64,000 bases of DNA from an uncultured Alphaproteobacteria bacterium (lineage in GTDB: Bacteria; Pseudomonadota; Alphaproteobacteria; Methylaequorales; Methylaequoraceae). The first letter of the stretch is position 1. Each line of letters begins with the position of its first letter. The translations under genes were made by a program, and so were the position numbers. Of this stretch, positions 1-9,233 are shown piece by piece. The stretch spans positions 138,092 to 202,091 of the forward strand of contig CACMWI010000003.1 of assembly GCA_902617375.1 (NCBI GenBank), given 5' to 3'. The notes beneath the pieces were generated by a model, which was not told the origin of the DNA, did no database searches, and was given only the letters and a program-made list of their open reading frames with translations.

Positions 1-2048
1 TCCTTTGGATCTAACATTAAAAAATCCCCACTTTTTCTACAAGAGATAAAAGTTCGCTCAAAAGATCCATTGTTTTTTAATGGTTCATTAGCTTGTGCAA
101 TTGCATATTTTTCTTCTTCCATTGCTGAAAGATAAACAATTTCCGATGTGACTTTAGAATTCACTACTTTTCTGTAGGGTGTTTCTATAAAACCGTATGT
201 GTTGACTTTAGAATAGGTAGCTAATGAGTTGATTAATCCAATATTTGGTCCCTCAGGAGTTTCAATAGGGCATATTCTTCCATAATGAGACGGATGAACA
301 TCTCTTACTTCAAATCCTGCTCTTTCCCTAGAAAGACCCCCAGGCCCAAGAGCAGAAAGTCTTCTTTTGTGTGTGATTTCAGACAATGGATTTGTTTGAT
401 CCATGAATTGAGAAAGCTGACTTTGACCAAAAAATTCTCTTATAGCTGCAGAAGCAGGTTTAGGATTAACAAGGTCGTTCGGCATAACAGTCTCAATATC
501 AGGAGCATTAGTCATTCTTTCTTTTATTGCTCTCTCCATTCTGATAACACCTAATGTATATTGATTTTCTAACAACTCACCTACTGATCTTACTCTTCTA
601 TTTCCTAGATGATCAATATCATCGATGTGTCCGTTTCCATCTTTGAGTCCAGCTAGATAACTCACAATTTTGATAATATCATTGTTTTGTAGGACTCTTA
701 AGTTCAAATCTGTGTCAAGATTGAGTCTTGTATTAATCTTAAGCCTTCCGACCGGTGAGAGATCGTAGCGCTCTCTGTCAAAAAAAAGATTTCTAAAGAG
801 TTTGTCCGCTGACTCGACAGTTGGAGGTTCACCAGGTCTTAATATTTTGTAAATTTCAGTAATAGCGTCGTTTCTATTTTTGTTTTTATCAGCAAAAAAA
901 GTATCTCTGATGTATGAGCCTTGTAGATTAGAATTAATGTGTAAGATATCGAATTCATCAATATTTTTTTCATCTAAATATTTTAATGTATTTTCAGTAA
1001 TTTGATCACCGGCTTCGAAATGTATTATCCCGTTATTGGTATCGAAAATGTCACTTGCTAAAAACTTTTCTTGTATTGTAGAATTGTCTAAAAATAAATT
1101 TTTGACTGACTTCTCTGATAAATTTTTTTGAATACCAATATTAAATTTTTCTCCAGCTTTCGCATAAACTTTACCTGTTTCCGAATCGATTAAATCAAAA
1201 TCAAGCTTCATGCCAACAAAATCGTCTTTATTGTATTTAATCTCCCAACCTTTATTCTTTCTTTTTAGGGTAGATGTTTTATAGAAAAATTTAAATAAGT
1301 CCTCATGTGTCATACCGTTAATTTTGTTGTAGTCTATTTCTTTTCCTTCTTTTCTACAACTTTCTCTATATTCTGACGACTTTTGATCGTCTAAGGCTAA
1401 AAGCAATGATGAAGCTAGAAGCTTCCTTCTTTTATCAATTCTAACATAGATTAAGTCTTTGGGATCAAACTCAAAATCAATCCATGAACCACTGTAAGGA
1501 ATTAATCTTGAAGCGAAAAGAAACTTTCCGGTTGAATGGCTTTTACCTTTATCATGATCGAAGAAAACTCCAGGAGATCTATGCATCTGAGAAACAACTA
1601 CTCTAGTTGTTCCATTGAAAACAAAAGTACCTTTTGATGTCATTAAAGGCATATCTCCAAGATATACGTCTTGCTCTTTAATATCTTTAACAGATGAAAT
1701 TCCGGTTTCTTCATCAATCTCCCTAATAATTAGGTTTAAAGTAACTTTTAGAAGAGAACCGTAAGTTCCACCTCTTTGAATACACTCTTCGACGTCATAC
1801 TTTGGATCTTCAAGTTCATATTTTACAAAACGCAACTCAGCAACACCTGAAAAATCTGTTATTGGAAAAACCTTATTAAATACAGCCTGTAAACCGATAT
1901 CTTCTCTTTCATCGGACTTGACATCTTTTTGCAAGAAAAGATCGTATGAATTTTTCTGAATCTCCAAGAGATTCGGCATATTAACTAAGTCTGGAATTTT
2001 TCCAAAACTTTTTCTGATATTATGATTGTCAGTAAATGATTTCTTCAT
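1..2048 (-). CDS. rpoB: RNA polymerase beta subunit (5' part, truncated by window edge)
   Basis: Not in the ORF track. Manual translation from ATG at 2048 gives [19 protein letters not shown]. Downstream RpoB motifs [21 protein letters not shown] and [31 protein letters not shown] are present, the latter checked in frame. Follows rplL. Confidence 0.98.
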   Translation of the reverse strand, partial: MKKSFTDNHNIRKSFGKIPDLVNMPNLLEIQKNSYDLFLQKDVKSDEREDIGLQAVFNKVFPITDFSGVAELRFVKYELEDPKYDVEECIQRGGTYGSLLKVTLNLIIREIDEETGISSVKDIKEQDVYLGDMPLMTSKGTFVFNGTTRVVVSQMHRSPGVFFDHDKGKSHSTGKFLFASRLIPYSGSWIDFEFDPKDLIYVRIDKRRKLLASSLLLALDDQKSSEYRESCRKEGKEIDYNKINGMTHEDLFKFFYKTSTLKRKNKGWEIKYNKDDFVGMKLDFDLIDSETGKVYAKAGEKFNIGIQKNLSEKSVKNLFLDNSTIQEKFLASDIFDTNNGIIHFEAGDQITENTLKYLDEKNIDEFDILHINSNLQGSYIRDTFFADKNKNRNDAITEIYKILRPGEPPTVESADKLFRNLFFDRERYDLSPVGRLKINTRLNLDTDLNLRVLQNNDIIKIVSYLAGLKDGNGHIDDIDHLGNRRVRSVGELLENQYTLGVIRMERAIKERMTNAPDIETVMPNDLVNPKPASAAIREFFGQSQLSQFMDQTNPLSEITHKRRLSALGPGGLSRERAGFEVRDVHPSHYGRICPIETPEGPNIGLINSLATYSKVNTYGFIETPYRKVVNSKVTSEIVYLSAMEEEKYAIAQANEPLKNNGSFERTFISCRKSGDFLMLDPK

Positions 2049-2054
2049 ATGATG

Positions 2055-2435
2055 CTACTTAAGTTCTACAGTTGCACCAGCTTCCTCAAGCTGTTTTTTG
2101 AACTTTTCAGCATCTTCCTTATTAACACCATCTTTGAGCTTACTTGGAGCCCCTTCAACTAAATCTTTGGCCTCTTTCAATCCCAGTCCGGTGATTGTCC
2201 TTACTTCTTTAATAACATTGATTTTTTTATCTCCAGACGCGGCTAAATGAATTTCGAACTCAGTCTTTTCTTCACTCGCGGCTGCTTCAGAAGGTGCCCC
2301 ACCAGCTGCGGCTGCAACAGCAACTGGTGCTGCGGCAGAAACCCCCCATTTTTCTTCTAAAATTTTTGTTAATTCTGAAGCCTCAAGAACAGTTAGTGTA
2401 GATAAGTCCTCAGCAATTTTTTGTACATCAGCCAT
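2055..2435 (-). CDS. rplL: 50S ribosomal protein L7/L12
   Basis: [34 protein letters not shown] and [11 protein letters not shown] motifs; AAGGAG SD. Confidence 0.99.
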   Translation of the reverse strand: MADVQKIAEDLSTLTVLEASELTKILEEKWGVSAAAPVAVAAAAGGAPSEAAASEEKTEFEIHLAASGDKKINVIKEVRTITGLGLKEAKDLVEGAPSKLKDGVNKEDAEKFKKQLEEAGATVELK

Positions 2436-2452
2436 AGTTTTTCTCCTTAGTT

Positions 2453-2968
2453 TTAATTATCAGCTTTATATTTTTCATTTATAACTCTTACAATATTAGA
2501 TTGATTCTTTTGAAGTATGGAAACAATACTTGTTTGCGTAGAAACAAGTAAACCCAATATCTTCGCTCTTATTTCCTCTAAAGAAGGAAGTGAAGCGAGA
2601 TTTTTTATTTCATCGATACTAAGTTCTTTGTCCCCCATGACTCCACCTAAAATTTTAAAGTTTTCGTTTTCTTTAGCAAACTTAACTAGAATTTTAGATG
2701 TTGAAACTGGATCATTTGAGTAAGCAACAGAGGTAGGACCTACAAATAACTTTTCAGCAATTTTGAAGTTAGTGTCTTTTATTGCTCTTTTAACAAGTGT
2801 ATTCTTTGCTACCCTAAAATAAGAATCAGAATTACTTTTAATTTCTTTGCGTAAGCTTGAAATTTCTAAAACATTCAACCCTTTATAATCAGCTACTAAT
2901 AAAAAATCGGAATCTTTTAAAGCTTTATTAAATTCTGTTACAAATTCTTGTTTTTCAGATCTTTGCAT
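2453..2968 (-). CDS. rplJ: 50S ribosomal protein L10
   Basis: [17 protein letters not shown] and LASLPSLEE motifs; lies between rplA and rplL. Confidence 0.97.
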   Translation of the reverse strand: MQRSEKQEFVTEFNKALKDSDFLLVADYKGLNVLEISSLRKEIKSNSDSYFRVAKNTLVKRAIKDTNFKIAEKLFVGPTSVAYSNDPVSTSKILVKFAKENENFKILGGVMGDKELSIDEIKNLASLPSLEEIRAKILGLLVSTQTSIVSILQKNQSNIVRVINEKYKADN

Positions 2969-3015
2969 TTAATATTTAACCTCCAAAAAACTGCCTGAGT
3001 GAAAATATTTATAAA

Positions 3016-3064
3016 AATCTATCCAGGAATTTAATGCAAAATGCAACCTGAAGTCTCCGACAGA
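3016..3064 (-). promoter_or_regulatory. L10 leader (rplJ autogenous regulatory RNA)
   Basis: Minus strand reads GGAGACTTCAGG-ttgcattttgca-TTAAATTCCTGGATAGA, matching the AGAC..AGG..UUAA..CCUG..UAGA pattern, in the rplA-rplJ spacer. Confidence 0.7.
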
Positions 3065-3079
3065 ATCAAATTTTTAATA

Positions 3080-3769
3080 TTACATAACACTTGTTGGATC
3101 AACTTGCAACCCCGGACCCATTGTTGAGTTGATAAAAAATTTTTTTATGAAAATTCCTTTAGAAGTTTCAGGTTTTTTCTTTTTGATTTCCTGTAAAAGA
3201 AATTCAATATTCCTCTTAAGTTCATCTGCTGAGAAACTAATTTTTCCAACAGAAGCATGAATAATTCCTGCTTTATCTGTTTTATATTCAACTTGCCCAA
3301 GTTTAACGTTTTTAATTGCATTAGCTATGTCATTAGTAACAGTTCCAAGTTTTGGGTTTGGCATCAAGCCTTTTGGACCTAGGATTTGCCCTAGAGAACT
3401 TACCTTGACCATCATCTTTGGCGTTGAAATACATTTATCAAAATTCAGTTCTCCTTTTTTTATCGTGTCAATCAAATCATCACCACCCACAATTTCAGCT
3501 CCAGCTTTTTTTGCTTTTTCAATATCATCTCCATCAGCAAATACTGCAATCTTGATGTTTTTTTTTGGCATTTTTGGAAGACTAGTTACACCTCTTATTT
3601 GTTGATCAGATTTTTTAGCATCAATACCGAGAATTATTGATATATCCAATGATTCGTCAAATTTCTTGGATGCAAACTTTTTAGAAATGTCTACCGCTTC
3701 TTCCAGCTTGTGAATCGTTTTTTCTTTAATTTCTTCTTTAATAAGTTTTTGCTTTTTTGAATTTTTCAT
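3080..3769 (-). CDS. rplA: 50S ribosomal protein L1
   Basis: KFDESLD, LGPKGLMPNPKLGTVT and STMGPG motifs. Confidence 0.99.
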   Translation of the reverse strand: MKNSKKQKLIKEEIKEKTIHKLEEAVDISKKFASKKFDESLDISIILGIDAKKSDQQIRGVTSLPKMPKKNIKIAVFADGDDIEKAKKAGAEIVGGDDLIDTIKKGELNFDKCISTPKMMVKVSSLGQILGPKGLMPNPKLGTVTNDIANAIKNVKLGQVEYKTDKAGIIHASVGKISFSADELKRNIEFLLQEIKKKKPETSKGIFIKKFFINSTMGPGLQVDPTSVM

Positions 3770-4194
3770 TATTCTACTTTTATTCCCATGGATCTTGCTG
3801 TCCCAGCTACCATTTTTTTAGCAGATTCTATATTATCTGTATTTAGATCATTCATTTTATCTTGTGCAATTTGTTTTATATCGTTTTCTGAGATAGATGC
3901 AATAACTTCTTTACCAGGAGTTTTTGAAGCTTTTTTCAATTTGAGTGCTTTTTTAATAAAAAACGAAACTGGAGGTGATTTTGTTTCAAATGTGAAACTT
4001 TTATCTTGAAAAACAGTTATAATTACTGGTATTGGCATACCTTGCTCCAACTTTTGGGTAGAGGCATTAAAGGCTTTACAAAATTCCATTATATTTACTC
4101 CTTTTTGTCCAAGTGCCGGTCCTACAGGTGGAGATGGATTGGCCTGACCAGCTGGGATCTGAAGTTTAATGTATCCGTCTATTTTTTTTGCCAT
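3769..4194 (-). CDS. rplK: 50S ribosomal protein L11
   Basis: [34 protein letters not shown] and GTARSMG motifs. Confidence 0.99.
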   Translation of the reverse strand: MAKKIDGYIKLQIPAGQANPSPPVGPALGQKGVNIMEFCKAFNASTQKLEQGMPIPVIITVFQDKSFTFETKSPPVSFFIKKALKLKKASKTPGKEVIASISENDIKQIAQDKMNDLNTDNIESAKKMVAGTARSMGIKVE

Positions 4195-4212
4195 AATTGT
4201 TTTTCCTTTTAA

Positions 4213-4743
4213 TTAAACCTTTTCAACTTGTGAATAATCTAAATTCACTGGTGTAGACCTTCCAAATATTGAAACACTTACTTTTAACCTGGCTTTCTCT
4301 TCGTCTACCTCTTCTACCATCCCATTAAAGGAAGAAAAAGGGCCATCAGAAACTCTCACTTGTTCACCAATTTCAAAACTCACAGACGGCTTTGGTTTTT
4401 CCAATCCATCTTTCATTTGATCTAGAATTGAGTCAATTTCATTTTGCGAAACTGGAATAGGCTCGCCTTTTTTTCCTCCCAAAAATCCATATACTTTAGG
4501 AAGCGTTTTTACAATGTGCCATATTTCATCATCCATAATCATTTGTATCAACATATAGCCAGGGAAAAACTTTCTCTCTGAGCTAACTTTTTTTCCTTTT
4601 TTCATTTCTATAACCTCTTCTGAAGGTATAAGAATCTTAGAAATATTATCTTTAAGACCTTTTTTTTCAGCTTGGGCTAAAAGTTCTTTTTCAATTTTTT
4701 TTTCGTTGCCAGAGTAAACCTGAAGTATGTACCAATTTAACAT
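4213..4743 (-). CDS. nusG: Transcription termination/antitermination factor NusG
   Basis: WYILQVYSGNE, ERKFFPGY, KOW motif DGPFSSFNG and SIFGRSTPV. Confidence 0.99.
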   Translation of the reverse strand: MLNWYILQVYSGNEKKIEKELLAQAEKKGLKDNISKILIPSEEVIEMKKGKKVSSERKFFPGYMLIQMIMDDEIWHIVKTLPKVYGFLGGKKGEPIPVSQNEIDSILDQMKDGLEKPKPSVSFEIGEQVRVSDGPFSSFNGMVEEVDEEKARLKVSVSIFGRSTPVNLDYSQVEKV

Positions 4744-4748
4744 AAAAC

Positions 4749-4934
4749 CTAGAATAAAATAAATTCGACACCAAAAGAAATAATTTTATCGACTAACAAA
4801 AAAAAGATCGAAGAAATTAAAACAAAAATAAAAACCATTATAGTTGTTGTTATAACTTCAGGCTTTGTAGGCCATGTAATTTTCAAAGCTTCTTGTTTAA
4901 CTTCTTTATAAAATGTAAGAATTTTTTGCATCAT
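4749..4934 (-). CDS. secE: Preprotein translocase subunit SecE
   Basis: EVKQEALKITWPT followed by one TM helix; upstream of nusG. Confidence 0.95.
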   Translation of the reverse strand: MMQKILTFYKEVKQEALKITWPTKPEVITTTIMVFIFVLISSIFFLLVDKIISFGVEFILF

Positions 4935-5003
4935 ATTTTGTAGATTATTTTTTTGGTATTGTTAACATAATCTAAAATAAAATCAAACAGCAAATAAATT
5001 TCA

Positions 5004-5726
5004 ATGAGCATACTGAACAAAAATGTTTTTATTTTAACAGGGGCAGGAATATCAAAGGAAAGTGGGATAAACACTTTTAGAGAAGAAGACGGTTTGTGGG
5101 ACAATTACAAAATTGAAGATGTTTGCACACCAAATGCTTTTAAAAGAAACCCCGATTTAGTAAATAATTTCTACAACGAGAGAAAATCTCAATTAGAAAG
5201 CCCACAAATAAAACCTAATGAAGCCCATCTTTCGCTTGTAGAATTCGAAAGAAACTGCTCGGGAGAGTTTTTAATTGTAACTCAAAATATTGATAATCTC
5301 CACGAAAGAGCTGGATCAAAAAAAATTCTTCATATGCATGGTTCACTCGAAAGTGCTTATTGCATGTATTGTAATCAAAAAGTGATTTTAAACTTCAATT
5401 TATCAACCAGTTATCAATGTAAAAACTGTTTAAATAAAGGAATGGTAAGAGTTGATGTTGTATGGTTTGGCGAACAACCAAAATATTTAGAAGAGATATA
5501 TAACTTTTTAGAGAAAACAGAAGTCTTTATTTCTATTGGGACTTCAAACAATGTCTACCCTGCTGCGGGTTTTATTGATTTTTTGAATCAACTTAATAAA
5601 AAAAAATTAATGTATGAGTTCAACCTTGAGAAAACAATCAAAACAGCACAGTTTGATCAAACATACTTTGGACCTGCAACCAAAACAATACCAATGTTTG
5701 TAAAAAATTTAATAAAAGATTTGTAA
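5004..5726 (+). CDS. cobB: NAD-dependent protein deacylase (sirtuin, class III)
   Basis: LTGAGISKESGINTFR, TQNIDNLHERAG, HMHGS, CxxC..CxxC, VVWFGE and GTS..VYPAA motifs. Confidence 0.93.
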   Translation: MSILNKNVFILTGAGISKESGINTFREEDGLWDNYKIEDVCTPNAFKRNPDLVNNFYNERKSQLESPQIKPNEAHLSLVEFERNCSGEFLIVTQNIDNLHERAGSKKILHMHGSLESAYCMYCNQKVILNFNLSTSYQCKNCLNKGMVRVDVVWFGEQPKYLEEIYNFLEKTEVFISIGTSNNVYPAAGFIDFLNQLNKKKLMYEFNLEKTIKTAQFDQTYFGPATKTIPMFVKNLIKDL

Positions 5727-5727
5727 A

Positions 5728-5803
5728 TGGCAGGGGCGGAGAGATTCGAACTCACGACCTACGGTTTTGGAGACCGTCGCTCTACCAACTGAGCTACACC
5801 CCT
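5728..5803 (-). tRNA. tRNA-Trp(CCA)
   Basis: Reverse complement AGGGGTGTAGCTCAGTTGGTAGAGCGACGGTCTCCAAAACCGTAGGTCGTGAGTTCGAATCTCTCCGCCCCTGCCA; cloverleaf, anticodon CCA, encoded CCA end. Confidence 0.97.
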
Positions 5804-5811
5804 AAATTCGT

Positions 5812-5885
5812 TGGAGCGGGTGAAGGGAATCGAACCCTCGTAACCAGCTTGGAAGGCTGGGGCTTTACCACTAAGCTACACCCGC
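5812..5885 (-). tRNA. tRNA-Gly(TCC)
   Basis: Reverse complement GCGGGTGTAGCTTAGTGGTAAAGCCCCAGCCTTCCAAGCTGG...GTTCGATTCCCTTCACCCGCTCCA. Confidence 0.97.
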
Positions 5886-5946
5886 AACAAAAAAATAAAA
5901 AAATCTCCAACATAATGTGATAAACTTATAATAAATACAACCATTA

Positions 5947-6267
5947 ATGACATTTACGATATTACACAATAAAAATTGTTCTAAATCTAGGGCTTGCATT
6001 CAAATTTTGGAAAGTGAGAATGTTGATTTCAACATTAGAGATTACATAAAAAACCCTTTATCTTTTGATGAAGTAAAACATTTGATCCAAAATTTATTGG
6101 GAAATAAATTTGATATTTTAAGAAAGAAGACTGAAAAAAATATTGATGAAAAAGATTTAATCAAATATATATTTGAAAATCAAAAAGATCTACAAAGACC
6201 CATTTTTTTTGATGGTAAAAATTATATTGTATGCAGACCACCAGATAAGGTACTAGAATATATCTAG
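5947..6267 (+). CDS. ArsC/Spx-family reductase (arsenate reductase-like)
   Basis: N-terminal HNKNCSKSR, LQRPI and C-terminal CRPP motifs. Confidence 0.85.
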   Translation: MTFTILHNKNCSKSRACIQILESENVDFNIRDYIKNPLSFDEVKHLIQNLLGNKFDILRKKTEKNIDEKDLIKYIFENQKDLQRPIFFDGKNYIVCRPPDKVLEYI

Positions 6268-6272
6268 GAAAG

Positions 6273-6358
6273 TGGTGGAGGGAGTAGGATTTGAACCTAC
6301 GTAGGCTTACGCCGTCAGATTTACAGTCTGATGTATTTGACCACTCTACCATCCCTCC
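6273..6358 (-). tRNA. tRNA-Tyr(GTA)
   Basis: Reverse complement GGAGGGATGGTAGAGTGGTCAAATACATCAGACTGTAAATCTGACGGCGTAAGCCTACGTAGGTTCAAATCCTACTCCCTCCACCA; long variable arm. Confidence 0.97.
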
Positions 6359-6427
6359 ATAAGATGCATGTATACTTTTAAAGCCTATGAATTGTAAAGA
6401 AAAAAAATTTAAATTTAGTATGCATTA

Positions 6428-7147
6428 ATGGACAATCAAATAGACATAATAATGGGACAACATGCAGCACTTGCTGCAATTGAAAACTTAACAAGGGTTA
6501 TAATTTCCTTAAAGTGTACAAAAGAGTTTTTTGAAAAAAATAAAATTGCAATTGAAAATAGAGGAATAAGTAAACTTTATATCGTTTCAAGAAAAGAAAT
6601 AGATTCTGAAATTAAAAATAATGTTCACCAAGGTATTTTATTGAAATGTAAAAGTTTAAAACAAATTAGTTTGGAGGAAATTAATAAAAATGAAAAAAAC
6701 ATTGTAATACTGGATTCTTTAAATGATTCACAAAATGTTGGATCTATTTTAAGAACATCTTATTTATTCGGAATAAAAACAATAATTTCAAATAAAGATA
6801 ACTCTTTCAAAATTAATCCTTTTTTAATTAAATCAGCAAGCGGCGCATTTGAAAAAATAAACTTTATTGAAGTAATAAACTTAAACAGAACAGTTGAAAA
6901 ATTGAAAAAAATGGGTTATTGGATTGTGGGATTTGATATGAACGCTAAAAGTAATATTTCTGAGGTTCCAAAAGATCTAAAAAAAGTTTTAATATTTGGT
7001 TCAGAGGGCAAGGGAATAAGACCACTAATTTTAAAGAACTGTGATTTCAAAACTAAAATAAGCTTAAAAGTAGAGGACAGAAAAATCGATAGTTTGAATG
7101 TTTCAAATTGCGTTTCAATAGCACTGTACGAATGTCTTAGAAAATGA
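6428..7147 (+). CDS. rlmB: 23S rRNA (Gm2251) 2'-O-methyltransferase, SpoU/TrmH family
   Basis: HQGI, LDSLNDSQNVGSILRT, GSEGKGIR and DSLNVS motifs; divergent from tRNA-Tyr as in many Alphaproteobacteria. Confidence 0.88.
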   Translation: MDNQIDIIMGQHAALAAIENLTRVIISLKCTKEFFEKNKIAIENRGISKLYIVSRKEIDSEIKNNVHQGILLKCKSLKQISLEEINKNEKNIVILDSLNDSQNVGSILRTSYLFGIKTIISNKDNSFKINPFLIKSASGAFEKINFIEVINLNRTVEKLKKMGYWIVGFDMNAKSNISEVPKDLKKVLIFGSEGKGIRPLILKNCDFKTKISLKVEDRKIDSLNVSNCVSIALYECLRK

Positions 7148-7761
7148 AAGAGCTTCCAAAATTTTATAATTCACTCGAAGAAACAAAAAAAGAGATTTTT
7201 TCTCTTTTATTCCAAGGCGTAAAAAAAAGAAAATCTAATTTTCATAATCTTGTTCTTAATACTGTAGATTTACATAACAAACCTGATGCAAGAACAGTGG
7301 TATTAAGAAGTTTCTCACAGGAAAATTTAACTATTGGCATTCATACTGATAATAGATCTGAAAAAGTTGAACATTTAAAAAATAATAACTTTACATGTTT
7401 AGTTTTTTATGATGATCAAAAAAAAATTCAACTAAGAATTCGAGGTACAACGAATTTAGAAAATTCTAAAAAAGAATCGTGGGACAAACTTTCGAATTGG
7501 TCTAAAAGATGTTATCTAACATCCAACCCTCCTGGACAAGTTTCTAATAATCCAACTTCTGGTTTTCCAAATAAATTTGAATCAGAAGCACCTTCCTCTG
7601 AAGCAGCTAATAAAGGTTTCGAAAATTTTACAGTTATAAGAATTTTTATAGATGAAATAGAGTGGTTATTTTTAGCAAGTCAAGGGCATCGGAGAGCTTT
7701 ATTTAAAATAAAAAGGGATAAATCTAATCTCAGCATAGAATCAAAATGGCTAGTTCCTTAA
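7144..7761 (+). CDS. Pyridoxamine 5'-phosphate oxidase-like FMN-binding protein
   Basis: PDARTVVLR, HTDNRSEKV, QLRIRG, EWLFL..GHRR and WLVP motifs. Confidence 0.85.
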   Translation: MKELPKFYNSLEETKKEIFSLLFQGVKKRKSNFHNLVLNTVDLHNKPDARTVVLRSFSQENLTIGIHTDNRSEKVEHLKNNNFTCLVFYDDQKKIQLRIRGTTNLENSKKESWDKLSNWSKRCYLTSNPPGQVSNNPTSGFPNKFESEAPSSEAANKGFENFTVIRIFIDEIEWLFLASQGHRRALFKIKRDKSNLSIESKWLVP

Positions 7762-8348
7762 AATTTGAGTTATTTTTTATTTATTTTTTTTTACCATTAT
7801 TTATTCTAATTTTTCAGTCTAAAATATTAATTTTCACTTTATTGTATCTCGTCTTTATCTATACATTGCTAAAGCTAAGAAAAGATAAACGTTTTAAATC
7901 AAAAGCATTAACTAAAAAAATAAATTGGAGAATCTCTTTTATTTTTTTTGTTGCATTTCTTATTTTTGGTTATTTATATGTTTTATTATATGATCCAACT
8001 CTTCTTTTTAATTTTCCAAAAAATAATTTTCGCTTGTGGGTTATAGTAATGTTCATTTATCCATTTTTTTCAGTTATTCCACAAGAAATAGTCTACAGAG
8101 TTTACTTTTATCAAAGATATAAGAAACTTTTTAGTGGTAATTTATTATTACTCACACTTTTAAATTTATTTTTTTTTTCTTTTGCTCACATCGTTTTTAA
8201 TAATCCTCATGCGATTTTAATAACAGTAATTGCTTCACCAATTTTTTCTTACTTGTACATAAAAGAATCCTTTCTCACATGTGTTTTAGTGCATTCACTC
8301 GGAGGACAAATAATTTTTACATTAGGTTTAGGAAGATACTTTTACTAG
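7746..8348 (+). CDS. CPBP (CAAX/Abi) family intramembrane protease-like protein
   Basis: Multi-TM protein with PQEIVYR, FSFAH and HSLGG motifs. Confidence 0.75.
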   Translation: MASSLKFELFFIYFFLPLFILIFQSKILIFTLLYLVFIYTLLKLRKDKRFKSKALTKKINWRISFIFFVAFLIFGYLYVLLYDPTLLFNFPKNNFRLWVIVMFIYPFFSVIPQEIVYRVYFYQRYKKLFSGNLLLLTLLNLFFFSFAHIVFNNPHAILITVIASPIFSYLYIKESFLTCVLVHSLGGQIIFTLGLGRYFY

Positions 8349-8890
8349 GGGTAGTAAGCACCTGTTCCTTTTAAACCACAATATCCGTTTGGGTTTTTAT
8401 GTAAATACTTTTGATGATAGTCTTCAGCTAAATAAAATTTATCAAGAATTACTATTTCGGTTTTAATTGATCCATATGACAGTTTATCTAGTTCAATCTG
8501 AAATTTCTTTTTTGAATCCTGTAAAAGTTCAATTTCTTTACTATTTTTTGATAAAATAATTGATCTATATTGACTACCGATATCATTTCCTTGTCTATTT
8601 AATTGAGTAGGATCGTGAGACTCCCAAAAAATTTTTAATAACTGTTTTAAACTAACTATTTGTTGATCATAAATGACTTTTACAACTTCGGCATGACCTG
8701 TATCGCCATTGCAAACAGTTTCATAATTTGGATCTTTGGTATGACCCCCAGCGTATCCGACAGCCGTTGTGTACAAACCATCTAACTTCCAAAATTTTCT
8801 TTCAGCTCCCCAAAAACAACCCATACCAAAAAATATTTGAGACAAATTGCTAGGTTCATCTGTTGTAAGGTCTTTATCGAATATACTCAT
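8345..8890 (-). CDS. msrA: Peptide methionine sulfoxide reductase A
   Basis: GMGCFWGAE, TGHAEVV, HDPTQLNRQGNDIGSQYRS and AEDYHQKYL motifs. Confidence 0.97.
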   Translation of the reverse strand: MSIFDKDLTTDEPSNLSQIFFGMGCFWGAERKFWKLDGLYTTAVGYAGGHTKDPNYETVCNGDTGHAEVVKVIYDQQIVSLKQLLKIFWESHDPTQLNRQGNDIGSQYRSIILSKNSKEIELLQDSKKKFQIELDKLSYGSIKTEIVILDKFYLAEDYHQKYLHKNPNGYCGLKGTGAYYP

Positions 8891-8950
8891 TACTGCTCGT
8901 GTTTTACAATTAAATTGACTTTGATTATAATAGAAATAATATGATAAATA

Positions 8951-9137
8951 TACTTAGTGCCTGCAAGGGTTAAAAGGGAAACTAGTTAAAGTCTAGTACA
9001 GCCCCCGCTACTGTAAATTGTGTGTTTTGTCAATGTGCCACTGATAAAATTGGGAAGGCGATAAAACCAAAAGCAATGAGTCAGGAAACCTGCTAAGTTA
9101 GCGTCATTCAATCAGACTGCGGGTAGGTCTTCTGATG
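8951..9137 (+). promoter_or_regulatory. Cobalamin riboswitch
   Basis: AAAAGGGAA-ACTAG/CTAGT-ACAGCCCCCGCTACTGTAA...GCCACTG...GGGAAGGC...GAGTCAGGAAACCTGC (B12 box). Loop CCCGC is complementary to GCGGG at 9119-9123. Lies upstream of a TonB-dependent receptor. Confidence 0.93.
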
Positions 9138-9233
9138 TGGAAAATCCATCGTGGTGACGTGTCAACCATGGTGGGACTCAATTATCTCACTTATTTTAAT
9201 TATTTTCAGATATAAATCTGAGAAAGGAAAAAT

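Noticed and set aside
285-4212. Plus-strand ORFs 285..554, 2517..2723, 3327..3605, 3788..4009 and 4006..4212, and the many similar short ORFs opposite core genes throughout the window
   Set aside because: They are antisense shadows of well-conserved genes such as rpoB, rplJ, rplA and rplK, with no recognisable motifs.
6161-6352. 63-aa minus-strand ORF
   Set aside because: It runs through tRNA-Tyr and antisense to the arsC-like gene, so it is a tRNA-derived spurious ORF.
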